Source of the DNA: an uncultured cyanobacterium
GTDB taxonomy: Bacteria > Cyanobacteriota > Cyanobacteriia > PCC-6307 > Cyanobiaceae
Assembly (NCBI GenBank): GCA_963765575.1
Contig: CAVXWZ010000001.1
Coordinates: 192,001-256,000 of the forward strand
Direction: 5' to 3'
DNA: 64,000 nucleotides
This document shows positions 10,901-20,729 of the stretch, piece after piece; within the stretch, counting starts at the first letter, position 1, and each line of letters opens with the position of its first letter. The translations under genes and the position numbers were made by a program. The notes under the pieces are model-generated. The model ran no database searches and was not told the origin of the DNA. It saw nothing but the letters and a program-made list of their open reading frames with translations.

Positions 10901-11120
10901 GGCCCGCCTGCGGCCGATCCTGCTCACGGCGATCTCGTCGCTGGCCGGCTTCCTGCCGCTGGTGTTCGCCAGCGGTGTGGGCGCGGTGAGCCGGCGCAGC
11001 ATCGGCACCGTGGTGTTCTCCGGCCTGTTGATGGCCACGGTGCTGAGCCTGTTCGTGGTGCCGGTGGTGTACCGGATCGTCAAGGGCTGGGAGCTGCGCT
11101 GGAAGGGCCGGCGCGGGTAG
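7980..11120 (+). CDS. RND efflux permease (AcrB/HAE1 family)
   Basis: FLRRPV, YPGASPEVVE, GLVVDDAIVV, KNGILIVEFA, RLRPILLT; GTG start at 7980. Confidence 0.95.
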   Translation: MEPSSRGSISDPFLRRPVLTVVVALLVLLAGLVSLPGLQIENLPAIAPGRVSVSASYPGASPEVVEQGVTSLLEKQLNGLDGLDQIRSTSSAGSSSITLSFEGGDPEINQINTQNEAAVVQPRLPGPVSRFGVRVRRSSDDLLMVLSFSADRDSYDDIFLSGWVEQVVIDRLQRVSGVGEARLFGGSPLAFRLWLDPRRLDQLDLTLADVRDALEAQNVLAALGQVGEAPAPADQMLALPLRMEGRLRSVAEFEGLLLARGPGGGLVRLKDVGRVTLGSEDYGSIATNLDGRTAVAMGIFQRDGSNALEVSRGISEALDELGPRIPPGVDLQVIIDEAETVRQSIDRTLAGLRDAVLLVFFALLLGLGNSRLALISALAVPVALVGALTVLRLSGSSINTLTLFGMVLATGLVVDDAIVVSEDIGRRLERGQPPLVAAREAMAELGGAVIATSLVLVAVFLPVLTLQGSTGRLYAPIGLTIGATILFSTFNALTFTPVAASRLLSNEQREPRWLLRLIDPPRRALEALEGPYDRWLTRALAWRRRVVAVLLVGLLLTGWAYQQRPKAFIPQEDGSQLRGVVVLPDGMALARTQAVMDQVRELVQQEPAIVTGNFYAGRSFGDSSPSKGIFFLRLQPIGDRPEGDQSPAAIAGRLNAQLAGAIDDAQVVVIEAPTVRGFGSEGGIEFDLLDTSGGQLSLSEFQQAVQAFIGAAQETGAFERVGTRFSADAPLLQLEPDRLQLASLGVELDEVVDVLGASFGSEYVNDSFEGDRIRRVIVQLEGADRRDTADVLALRVRNRDGRLIPLSQLVRVREGTGPTVINRTRLVRSIAVRAQPLAGVSTGQAMERLQQVRRELGSQLTDLEWTGLAREEARSGGANERVFLLAVVVMVLVLAALYENFIDPMIILITVPLGLLGGIAGLALRDLPLDVYGRMGLLVLVSLAAKNGILIVEFANQRLAAGMPLEPAIHGAAVARLRPILLTAISSLAGFLPLVFASGVGAVSRRSIGTVVFSGLLMATVLSLFVVPVVYRIVKGWELRWKGRRG

Positions 11121-11136
11121 GCCCTGCGCATCCGGC

Positions 11137-11370
11137 TCACTCCCAGCGGAGCTCGCCTGTGGTGATCTTTGCCACCACCAGCTCCTGGTAAACGCTCAGC
11201 TCCTGCGGGGTGATCTTTCCATCCGCCCAGGCCTGGGCCTTGAAGAGCTCCACCTCACCCCGGCTCAGCACGCCGTCGGCAATGGCCCGCTCCAGGGTGG
11301 CTCTGAGTTTGGCTAGGTCGTTCAGCTCTTCTTGGGTGGGTGGCTGGGTATTCGGGTGGTTGATGTCCAT
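11137..11370 (-). CDS. small hypothetical protein (77 aa)
   Basis: MDINHPNTQP...AIADGVLSRGE...WADGKITPQE, two ADGxxxxxE repeats. Confidence 0.65.
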   Translation of the reverse strand: MDINHPNTQPPTQEELNDLAKLRATLERAIADGVLSRGEVELFKAQAWADGKITPQELSVYQELVVAKITTGELRWE

Positions 11371-11371
11371 T

Positions 11372-11407
11372 TTGAATCGGTTTAATCCGTTGAATTGGTT
11401 GAATCGG
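11372..11407. repeat. 4 x 9-bp imperfect AT-rich tandem repeat
   Basis: ttgaatcgg tttaatccg ttgaattgg ttgaatcgg, abutting the ATG at 11370. Confidence 0.8.
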
Positions 11408-11755
11408 CTCTCAGGGCCAATCGAGGTGTTTTGAACCATCGCCATTGTGCCGGGTGGCTCTATCTGTGCATCCAATTGTGCTCATTCTCTGCATCGCTTT
11501 GACGTCCGGGGCCAACTGATCGGACCTGCCCGCAACCGATGGCAGCGTTCCGCCCCGTGCGAGGGGATAGTGGGTTCCTCAGCCTTCCTGATTTCTGTTG
11601 GCATCGTCAATCGAGACGTCGGAGTTGGGGAGAATGGTCTTGCGTGTTGCCGATCAGCACAGTTACAACCGCGCGTGCAGATGCGCGTTTGCGAGTTGCA
11701 GCGGATCAGACGATCAGTCCCCAACTGCCACAACCATCAGCAGGTTGAAGGGTGT

Positions 11756-12721
11756 TCAGCCTGAGCCAAAGGCCACCTCGCACGCGGCATTGAGCAGCTG
11801 CGCTTCGGCTTGGCTCTGGGGAACCCGGCCGTCCAGGGTGCCCTGCCGGCAGTCGGCCGTCATCTCCACCACACCCGATCCGGTGTCCACGGCAAAGGTG
11901 ACTGCATCGTTGTTCACCGGCTCCACACTTGTGTAGTAGAGCTCGTAGCTGGTGTCCGGCACCTCGATGTACGTCACCTGATTGCTGATGGCGTCGTCCA
12001 CGGCGTCCGTGATGATCGCCGCCGAGGCCACGGCAGCAATGCCCACCCCGGGTCGCCACCACGGCCAGCTGCTGACGCCTCCGTACCACCCGTAATTCCA
12101 CGGGCGGGCATAGCCCCAGCCCGGCCGGGCCCAGCCCGACCAGGTGTTGTCCCAGCGGTTGTCGACACGGTCGCCGCGTACGTCCGTGCGGTCCGACACG
12201 CGGTCGCTGCGTTGGTCCTGGCGGTTCGTGCCGCGGTCGGTGCGGTTGTCCTGGCGGATGTCGGTGCGGTCGGTGCGCTCACCCTGGCGGCCGCTGCGCT
12301 GGTCGGTGCGTTGGCCCTGCCGGTTCCCGGCCTGGTCCTGGCGGCCCTGCTGGCGGGTCGTGGCGTTCTGGCTGCGCTGCGTTTGGCGTGTGCCGCTGGC
12401 GGCGGGCTTGCTGCCGTTGCTGAAGCCACCGGCTGGTTTGCTGCTGCCCCGGTAGGCACTGCCGCCGTTGCTGTAGCTGGCGAAACCGGTGCGGCCGCTG
12501 CCACTGGACCTGGAACCGCTGCTGCGGCCGTAGCTGCGGCCACCGCCGCTGCGGCCACCGCCGCTGCGGCCACCGCCGCCGCGGCCACGGGCAACCAGGG
12601 CTGGCTCCGGAGCCGCCGCTGGTTCGGCGGCTGGACTTCCTGAGGCCAGCAGGGGCAGGGGGGGCAGGGCCAGGGAAAGGCTGAGGGCAGCGAGGGTGCC
12701 CAGCCGGATTGGACGGTTCAT
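11756..12721 (-). CDS. secreted Gly/Arg/Gln-rich low-complexity protein with small C-terminal domain
   Basis: Signal peptide, GGGRS repeats, R/Q/D repeats, Trp-rich segment, C-terminal domain with 2 Cys; ATGA overlap with upstream gene. Confidence 0.8.
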   Translation of the reverse strand: MNRPIRLGTLAALSLSLALPPLPLLASGSPAAEPAAAPEPALVARGRGGGGRSGGGRSGGGRSYGRSSGSRSSGSGRTGFASYSNGGSAYRGSSKPAGGFSNGSKPAASGTRQTQRSQNATTRQQGRQDQAGNRQGQRTDQRSGRQGERTDRTDIRQDNRTDRGTNRQDQRSDRVSDRTDVRGDRVDNRWDNTWSGWARPGWGYARPWNYGWYGGVSSWPWWRPGVGIAAVASAAIITDAVDDAISNQVTYIEVPDTSYELYYTSVEPVNNDAVTFAVDTGSGVVEMTADCRQGTLDGRVPQSQAEAQLLNAACEVAFGSG

Positions 12722-13218
12722 TGGTCCAGCGCCTCCTTCAGCCGGGTGCAGCCGTCGTCGAAGCAGGCGATCTCGGTGCGGCCGTTGCTGCCGAAGCTCA
12801 GGGCCATCCGGTCACGGCCCGCCAGGGCCGGCCCCCCTTCCTCCCGCACGCTGTTGAGGTAGTTGGGGTTGATCACGCAGAAGGCGCGGTTGTTGAAGCA
12901 GAGCTCGTTGGTGGAGAAGCGGATGGAGGCATTGCGCACCGGCCCCCAGGTGTCGGTGGTGGGGTTTAGGGCCTCGATCCGCACATAGGGCTCATCGAAC
13001 ACCCGGTACACGAGGGTGCGGTTACCCACCCGGTGCCGGTATTCGGTCGCCTCGCCCACATCCACGGCCTCCACGACGCAGGGCACGGGTGCCATGCGCT
13101 GGATGCTGCAGGTGGTGTTGAGGGAGTAGAGGGGCTGGGCGCCGGCCGCCCTGGGCAGGGCCACGGCGCCGAGCGAGACGGCGGAGCCGAGCAGCGCCAG
13201 CAAGCGGAGCGGAGTCAT
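12718..13218 (-). CDS. secreted hypothetical protein
   Basis: Signal peptide ending AGA-Q, six Cys, stop coupled to downstream start. Confidence 0.75.
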   Translation of the reverse strand: MTPLRLLALLGSAVSLGAVALPRAAGAQPLYSLNTTCSIQRMAPVPCVVEAVDVGEATEYRHRVGNRTLVYRVFDEPYVRIEALNPTTDTWGPVRNASIRFSTNELCFNNRAFCVINPNYLNSVREEGGPALAGRDRMALSFGSNGRTEIACFDDGCTRLKEALDQ

Positions 13219-13362
13219 GGCGTTGAGAAGAGACAACCTGGCGAAGCGTCATAGAGCCGCAGCTTCACTCTGTGCACCAACTGTGCACCGGCGCCGGTCC
13301 GCTCGCTGGACGGTCATCTTTCCTCACAGCCAGCCGTAGCGGCGGGCCTGGGCCCGCCGGCG

Positions 13363-14094
13363 TCAGTCGCCTCCCTTGCTGCCACCGCTCTCGTCGTCAT
13401 GGCTGTCACCCACCCTGAACCGCCCGATCAGCAGCCCCAGCACGATGGCCAGGTAGCTGTTGCCGGCAACCGCCAGGGCAATGCTCACCATCTGCGCCGC
13501 CGGCGTGACCGGCAGAATGTCGCCATAGCCGGTGGTGGTGAGGGAGACGAAGGCGAAGTAGTTCAGCTTCACGAAATCGAGCTTCCACACCGGCTCCAGA
13601 CCGTCGGGCCCGGCCGGGGTCAGGTCGACGCCTGTGAAACTGCCGGGTGCCACGGTTTCCACGGCCGCGCTCAGAAAGCCGCCGGAGAGGCCCAGCATCA
13701 GGTAGCCGGCCAGGGCGCCGCTCAGCACGGCCTGATCCACCCTGCGCTCCTCACCCAGCTGGCGGATCAGGCGCTGGGCGCTCCAGAGGCTGAACAGGGC
13801 CCAGAGCACCACCACCGGCACACCGGTGCCGCGCAGCTCCAACGGGGTGAGCAGCCAGAGCCCGCCGACGGCCAGGGTGGCGATGCCCGTGGCCCGGTAG
13901 AGCCGCCGGTGGACGGTGCCCCTGCGGCTCCGGTCGCCGCCTCCCCCCAGGGCCCTCAGCATCATCCCCCCCAGGGCCAGATAGCCGGGGGAGGCCAGCA
14001 GGTTCCAGGGATCGGGCAGGGTGAAGATGCCGAGCAGCGTCACGCAGCCGCCCAGCAGCAGTCGGTAGTGGTGCTGCCGCGAGCGGCTGGCCAT
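13363..14094 (-). CDS. potassium channel family protein (Ion_trans_2)
   Basis: YFAFVSLTTTGYGDILP selectivity filter; multiple TM segments. Confidence 0.88.
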   Translation of the reverse strand: MASRSRQHHYRLLLGGCVTLLGIFTLPDPWNLLASPGYLALGGMMLRALGGGGDRSRRGTVHRRLYRATGIATLAVGGLWLLTPLELRGTGVPVVVLWALFSLWSAQRLIRQLGEERRVDQAVLSGALAGYLMLGLSGGFLSAAVETVAPGSFTGVDLTPAGPDGLEPVWKLDFVKLNYFAFVSLTTTGYGDILPVTPAAQMVSIALAVAGNSYLAIVLGLLIGRFRVGDSHDDESGGSKGGD

Positions 14095-14099
14095 CGCCC

Positions 14100-14850
14100 T
14101 CAGGTCTCCAGCTGGCAGTTGACGCTGAACTCGAACGGCACAGCCGCCGCCGGCAGCGCGAGCAGATGGCTGACGCTGGCCGCAAGATCGTCGGGCTGGG
14201 TCATGGCCTCATGGGGCATGGCCGTGACGGCGGCGGCCATGGCGGTGTTCACCCAGCTGGGGCAGATGGCCGTCACGCGGATGCCGTCGTCCCAGCCCTC
14301 GTTGCGCATCGCCTGGCAGAGGGCCAGCAGGGCGAATTTGCTCACGGCGTAGGCGGCCAGCCGCCCCTTCACCCGCTTGCCGCTCATCGACACCAGCGTC
14401 AGCACCCGTCCGTCGCCACTGGCCGTCAGCTGGGGCCAGGCGGCCCGGCTCAGCCGCCAGGGGCCCATCAGGTTCACCTCCAGCACCCGGGCGATCTCCG
14501 CCTCCTCGCCGTCGGCGTACTGCAGGCCCACCCGCGAGAACACCCCGGCGCAGTGCACCACGGCATCGACGCCGCCCCAGCGCTCGCTGGTGGCCTGCAC
14601 CCAGGCTGCGCGGGCCCCGGGGATCGGTGTCGCCGGCGCTGGCCTCGTAGGGCTGGATCAGCAGCCGCTCCGCTGACTGGCTGGTGAGCCCCGTGGCGCC
14701 TGGCCCTGCGACCAGGGCGGCCGGGTCCCGCACCCCCGCGCTCACCCTGTGGCCATCGGCCAGCAGGCGCTCGGTGATGGCGCGGCCGATGCCGCGGCTG
14801 GCGCCGCTCACCATCACTGTGCGGGGGGCAGCGCCCATGGTGTCGCTCAT
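14100..14850 (-). CDS. SDR oxidoreductase, frameshifted near 14610
   Basis: N-terminal SGASRGIG lies in the frame of ORF 14209-15654; C-terminal HCAG, VNLMG, YAVSK lie in the frame of ORF 14100-14600. Confidence 0.85.
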
Positions 14851-15641
14851 GGCTGCGGGCATGGCGGCGGTGGGCTGGGGGTGTCGGCGCTGTGCCGATC
14901 TGGAGGCCTGACGATCTCGGATGGCCGGTAGCGATGCAGGGCATGGATCGGCCGCTCCAGGGTGGCATCCACGCCGCTGAAGCTCACCACCAGCTCGCCG
15001 TCCACCCAGGCCGGATCCAGGCGCTCGGCCCGCAGGGGGCTGCCGCCCTCGAGGGGATGGAGCAGACAGAGGTCGTCCAGCAGTGGCAGGCCGTCGGCGC
15101 TGAGCAGGGGCAGCGGCTGCAGCCGCCCGGCCTCCCGCGAGCACTGCCAGAAGGCCCGCACCCGCACATCGAAGATGGTGTTGTGGCGGCTGTTGTGCAG
15201 CCGGAGCACCAGGCAGTCGCGGCCATCCACGGATTCGATCACGGCCCGCGGCGCGAAGGCCACGCTGTGGGGCGTGCGGGCGAAACGGGAGAAGGCCAGG
15301 CCGGCGATCAGGGCCACCAGGATCAGGCCGCTGAGGGCCTCGATGGTGGTCACCACGTGCACCCAGAGGCTCTCGGGGTGGAGCGAGCCGTAGCCGATCG
15401 TGGCCATCGTCTCCACCGACAGGAAGAAGGCCTGCAGGGCCAGGGGGAGCGCCTCGCTGAGGCCGCCGATGCCGCCTGGATCCAGCAGGTAGAGGCCGGC
15501 GAAGAGCAGATGGATGAGCAGATACACGGCCGTGACCAGCGCCAGGAAGCGCCCCCAGCTGAGCTCGATCAGGAGCAGGTAGGGCTGCCGCCAGGTGGTG
15601 CCCCGCGGCGGCGGGGCCGGTGTGGAGGGCTGCGCACTCAT
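14847..15641 (-). CDS. inward-rectifier K+ channel (KirBac-like)
   Basis: AFFLSVETMATIGYG, FSRFAR, cytoplasmic beta domain. Confidence 0.87.
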   Translation of the reverse strand: MSAQPSTPAPPPRGTTWRQPYLLLIELSWGRFLALVTAVYLLIHLLFAGLYLLDPGGIGGLSEALPLALQAFFLSVETMATIGYGSLHPESLWVHVVTTIEALSGLILVALIAGLAFSRFARTPHSVAFAPRAVIESVDGRDCLVLRLHNSRHNTIFDVRVRAFWQCSREAGRLQPLPLLSADGLPLLDDLCLLHPLEGGSPLRAERLDPAWVDGELVVSFSGVDATLERPIHALHRYRPSEIVRPPDRHSADTPSPPPPCPQP

Positions 15642-17296
15642 GGCTCGCCCGCACCCCGCCAGCGCTGGCGCACCGCCGCGGCCGTGGCGGCCACCGCGCT
15701 CGCCGGGGTCACGGCGATGGCCCGTTCGCGCTCGGCGGCATTGAGGGGCTCATCCCAGCCGCGCTGCAGCCCCAGCACCGTGAGATCGGCATCGGAGGGG
15801 TCGCGGCCGCTGCCCTGGCGCCGCTCGATGCGCTGGCGCAGCAGCTCCCGGGGGGCGCTGAACTCCAGGATCAGCAGCGGCACCCCGGCCGCCGCGGCCA
15901 CCGCCGCCATGGCGGCGCGATCGCGGTGGCGCAGGAAGCAGGCATCGACGATCACCGTGAAGCCCGCCCCCAGCACCTCCCGGGCCAGGGCCGGCAGCCG
16001 CAGGCCGAACAGCTCCCGGCTGATCGCCGGGTCGTAGGGGTCGCCCTGGCGATCAGCAACGGCGGGGATGCCCCAGAGGCCGAACAGCCGTTTGCGTTCC
16101 ACGTCGGAGCGCAGGCGAATCGCCCCCAGGGCAGCGGCCAAGGGGCCGCTGTGGTGCGACTTGCCGCTGCCCGAGAGCCCATGGCAGATCAGCAGGGCCC
16201 GCGGCGCCGGCGCGATGCTGGCCTCCGCCAGGGCCAGGTAGGCCGCCACCGGGCCAGCGGCGCTGCCATCGCCGCTGAGGGCGGCCACCTTGGCGCGCAC
16301 CAGCGCCCTGTAGCTCACATACCAGGGCCACAGGGCCAGTCCGGCGTAGTCGCCGCTGCACTCCAGCCAATGGTTGAGCAGCCGCATGCCCAGGGCCGGA
16401 TGGCCGCGCTGCTGCAGGTCCATCACCAGGAAGGCCATGTCGCTGAGGACATCGATCCAGCGCAGTGCGGGGTTGAATTCGAGGCAGTCGAACACCTCGA
16501 TCCGGCCCCCGCGCAGCAGCATGTTGCCGAGGTGCAGATCGCCGTGGCACTCCCGCACCCGACCCTGCTCCAGCCGCTGACGGAGCAGCGGTTCGAGCCG
16601 CGCAAAGGCGGCGGTGTTCCAGGTGTGCAGTCGCTCCAGCCGCCGCTGCAGGGACGCGGCGGCCCGCTCCCGCAGGCAGTCGACGTTCGCCTCCACCGGC
16701 TGGCGCACCGCCGCCGCCGTGCCCCAGGGCCCGTGGGCCGGGGCGACGGCGGCGGCGGCGTGGAAGCGGGCCAGGGTTTGCGCCAGCGCCTCGATCTGCT
16801 CGGCGCCCAGCTCGGAGCGGTCGAGGGCGGCCGGCAGCAGGGCCCGCTGGGGAAACTGGCGCATGCACACCGCCACCTCCACCAGCTGTGCTTCGGCACC
16901 GCTGCCTGGCTCAAGGATCTGCGCGTCGCTGAGCTCCTCCGGCAGCGTCCGCAGCCGCAGCCCCTCGCCCGTGCCCACCACCGCCGCCAGGCCCAGATAG
17001 AGATCCTGCACCAGGCGCCGGTTGAGGCGCAGTTCCTCACGGCAGTCGCGCAGCCGCAGCTCCAGGGAGGAGAAATCGACAAACCCCAGATCCACGGGCT
17101 TGCGGATCTTGTAGGCGATCGGGCCCGTGAGCAGCACCCAGGAGATGTGGGTCTCCAACACCTCCACCGTGTCCACGGGGTGGTTGTAGGCCTGGGGACG
17201 CCGCAGGGCATCGATCAGCGCGCAGGCCTCGCTCAACCGCTCACCGCTGATCGCCTGGGGGAATCCAAGCAGATCTGCAACGATTCGGCGCTGCAC
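15638..17296 (-). CDS. APH-like kinase / AAA_33 P-loop fusion protein
   Basis: ETHISWVLL, ECHGDLHLGN, FDCLEFN; C-terminal GLSGSGKS, SDVERKRL; start uncertain. Confidence 0.9.
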   Translation of the reverse strand: MQRRIVADLLGFPQAISGERLSEACALIDALRRPQAYNHPVDTVEVLETHISWVLLTGPIAYKIRKPVDLGFVDFSSLELRLRDCREELRLNRRLVQDLYLGLAAVVGTGEGLRLRTLPEELSDAQILEPGSGAEAQLVEVAVCMRQFPQRALLPAALDRSELGAEQIEALAQTLARFHAAAAVAPAHGPWGTAAAVRQPVEANVDCLRERAAASLQRRLERLHTWNTAAFARLEPLLRQRLEQGRVRECHGDLHLGNMLLRGGRIEVFDCLEFNPALRWIDVLSDMAFLVMDLQQRGHPALGMRLLNHWLECSGDYAGLALWPWYVSYRALVRAKVAALSGDGSAAGPVAAYLALAEASIAPAPRALLICHGLSGSGKSHHSGPLAAALGAIRLRSDVERKRLFGLWGIPAVADRQGDPYDPAISRELFGLRLPALAREVLGAGFTVIVDACFLRHRDRAAMAAVAAAAGVPLLILEFSAPRELLRQRIERRQGSGRDPSDADLTVLGLQRGWDEPLNAAERERAIAVTPASAVAATAAAVRQRWRGAGEP

Positions 17297-17320
17297 GGTG
17301 CCGACCTGGCTATGTAGAAG

Positions 17321-17338
17321 CAGTAATCCTTGCTACTG
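17321..17338. promoter_or_regulatory. putative NtcA-type box
   Basis: CAGTA-atccttgc-TACTG (GTA-N8-TAC) between divergent genes. Confidence 0.4.
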
Positions 17339-17340
17339 GC

Positions 17341-17895
17341 ATGGGGCGTGTCGTTCGCTGGGGGCTGGGCCTCCTGCTGGTTGGGGTGCTGTTGATCGCC
17401 GGCCTGGTGCTGCTGCCCATCGGCGAGTGGTTGCCGGGCGGCACCGTGGGCGATGTGCCCACCTCCCAGGTGGTCAATGGCACCGCCTTCAACCGCCTGT
17501 TTCCGCCGGCCGAGACCGGCGAGCAGCTGGTGTTCACCCAGGAGAAGCGGGGCTTCAGCCAGGCCCGGCTGAAGCAGGGCGACGCCACCCTGGCCCTGCT
17601 GGCCATCGCCGACACCGTCACCGCGCCGGAGGCCCGAGACAAGTTCAGCGCCAGCGCCGAGCGCATCCAGGGTTGGCCGCTGGTGGAGCAGGGACCCCAG
17701 GCCAGCGCCCTGCTGGTGGCCGAGCGCTTCCAGGTGAAGGTGATCGGCCAGGGGGCCGGGCTGGATGTGGGCCAGCGCCATGAGCTCCTGGGTGCCTTCG
17801 ATCTGCAGGGCCTGGCGGCCCTGCAGGCCCCGGCCCTGCCCCAGCGTCAGGCCCGCGCCGGCCGTGCCCTGCAGTCCGCCGCGGGGGCCGCATGA
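17341..17895 (+). CDS. hypothetical membrane-anchored protein
   Basis: N-terminal TM, FNRLFP, FTQEKRGF; ATGA-coupled to next gene. Confidence 0.75.
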   Translation: MGRVVRWGLGLLLVGVLLIAGLVLLPIGEWLPGGTVGDVPTSQVVNGTAFNRLFPPAETGEQLVFTQEKRGFSQARLKQGDATLALLAIADTVTAPEARDKFSASAERIQGWPLVEQGPQASALLVAERFQVKVIGQGAGLDVGQRHELLGAFDLQGLAALQAPALPQRQARAGRALQSAAGAA

Positions 17896-18779
17896 GCGCC
17901 ACCGTTCTGGAGCGACTGGAGCGCCTGCCCCGGCGCAACCTCACCGTGCTGGCCCTCAAGGGCATCGGCACCCTGGTGCCGGGGAACTGGCAGAACGTCA
18001 CCTCCGCCGACGCCCTGATCAGCGAGGTGATGGGCAGCGACGACCGCAATCTGATCGCCCAGGTGCGGGCCCGGGCCGATGTGCTCAGCCGTGCCCGCCA
18101 TGAGGGCTACGGGCGGGCGCTGAGCCTCTACGACGCCGTGGACCGCTCCCAGCGCGCCGGCGGCGGCCTGCGGCTGCTGGCCAATATCGGCGGGGGCCTG
18201 CCGCTGCTGCGGCGGGTGGCCGACCTGACGCCGTCCACCGACACCCTGCAGGCGGCGGATCTGGGCCTCAAGGTGACCGCCGAGCTGCTGGCCTTCACCC
18301 AGGTGAACGGCCTGCCGGGGGACAGCTTCACCGACTTCGCCGCCGCCCTGGCGGAGTACGGCAGTGAGGCCCGGGTGCGGATGGCGGCGCTGGTGTGCTT
18401 CGACGCCCTGCTGCCCCTGGGCGACCGGGGGCTGGAGCGGCTCGATGGGCTGCTTGGGCAGGTGGGCCAGGGCGACCTGCGCCAGCTGCCCGGCTACGCC
18501 GGCATGGCGGCGCTGATTCCGGGCCGGGGGGATGAGGCCCACCTCAACTTCATCCGCCGCGGGGTGGACACCTGGCTGGGCTGGGCCGGCGGCTTCGTGG
18601 GCGGCCTCGGGCTCACCGGCCAGAAGGCCGTGCAGGCCCTGGAGACCACCCTCGGCCCCTGGCAGGGGCGTTTCGAGCAGCTGGCCACCTTCCTCGACGT
18701 CTTCACCGACACCTACCGCCACACCGGCACCCAGGCCGTGGCGCGCCGGTTGGTGGAGCGGGCGGTGGCTGAGATCTGA
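17892..18779 (+). CDS. hypothetical protein
   Basis: 295-aa ORF with host-like codon use, coupled to upstream gene. Confidence 0.8.
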   Translation: MSATVLERLERLPRRNLTVLALKGIGTLVPGNWQNVTSADALISEVMGSDDRNLIAQVRARADVLSRARHEGYGRALSLYDAVDRSQRAGGGLRLLANIGGGLPLLRRVADLTPSTDTLQAADLGLKVTAELLAFTQVNGLPGDSFTDFAAALAEYGSEARVRMAALVCFDALLPLGDRGLERLDGLLGQVGQGDLRQLPGYAGMAALIPGRGDEAHLNFIRRGVDTWLGWAGGFVGGLGLTGQKAVQALETTLGPWQGRFEQLATFLDVFTDTYRHTGTQAVARRLVERAVAEI

Positions 18780-18787
18780 GCCCGCCG

Positions 18788-20148
<1,361 letters not shown>

Positions 20149-20243
20149 TCACGCAATCCGAAACATGGACGTTTCCTGACAGCCCTGCCGCAGGGACGCT
20201 GCCGGCGCCTTGTCTGGGCTCGGTCACCCCCCTGTGCTGCACG

Positions 20244-20729
20244 ATGCCCATGCTCCGCCCTGCCGTCTCCGCCACCACCCTGGCGGCGGCGCTCTGCGCT
20301 CTGCTCACCCCCGGCCAGGTCTGGGCCGCCTCCTGCACGCCTCTGCAGGCCGTCGGTGGTGGCACCGCCGTGAGCAAGACCATCCAGCTCGATGGTCCGC
20401 TGGTCTTCCCCTTCGGCCGCACCAACTTCAACACCGATTTCGCGGTGACCGAGCGCCACGGGACGTATCGCATCCTGTTCGAGTCCACCTCCGACAAGCC
20501 CGGTCCCTATCCGATCGAGGCCTATCTCAAGTTCAGCGACGGCACCAACCTGCAGGTGGTGGACGAGACGCTCAACGCCACCCCTGGCCAGAAGAAAGAG
20601 TTCGGACCCTTCAGCCCACCGGCAGGGAAGCTGGTGACGCAAGTGAATGTGAAGGTGGGTTCCGGCCTCAACGCCAACGCCACCGGGTTCAGCTACACGA
20701 TCTCCGTGAAGGGTTGCGATGAGCCCTGA
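20244..20729 (+). CDS. secreted hypothetical beta-rich protein
   Basis: Signal peptide (VWA-A), Cys near both ends; stop abuts the chlB stop. Confidence 0.75.
   Translation: MPMLRPAVSATTLAAALCALLTPGQVWAASCTPLQAVGGGTAVSKTIQLDGPLVFPFGRTNFNTDFAVTERHGTYRILFESTSDKPGPYPIEAYLKFSDGTNLQVVDETLNATPGQKKEFGPFSPPAGKLVTQVNVKVGSGLNANATGFSYTISVKGCDEP

Noticed and set aside
12180..12590. Repetitive DNA resembling an array
   Set aside because: Coding low-complexity repeats; no constant repeat with unique spacers, so not CRISPR
13270..13289. ctgtgcacc direct repeat with 11-bp period
   Set aside because: Only two copies; could be chance and cannot be assigned to a regulator
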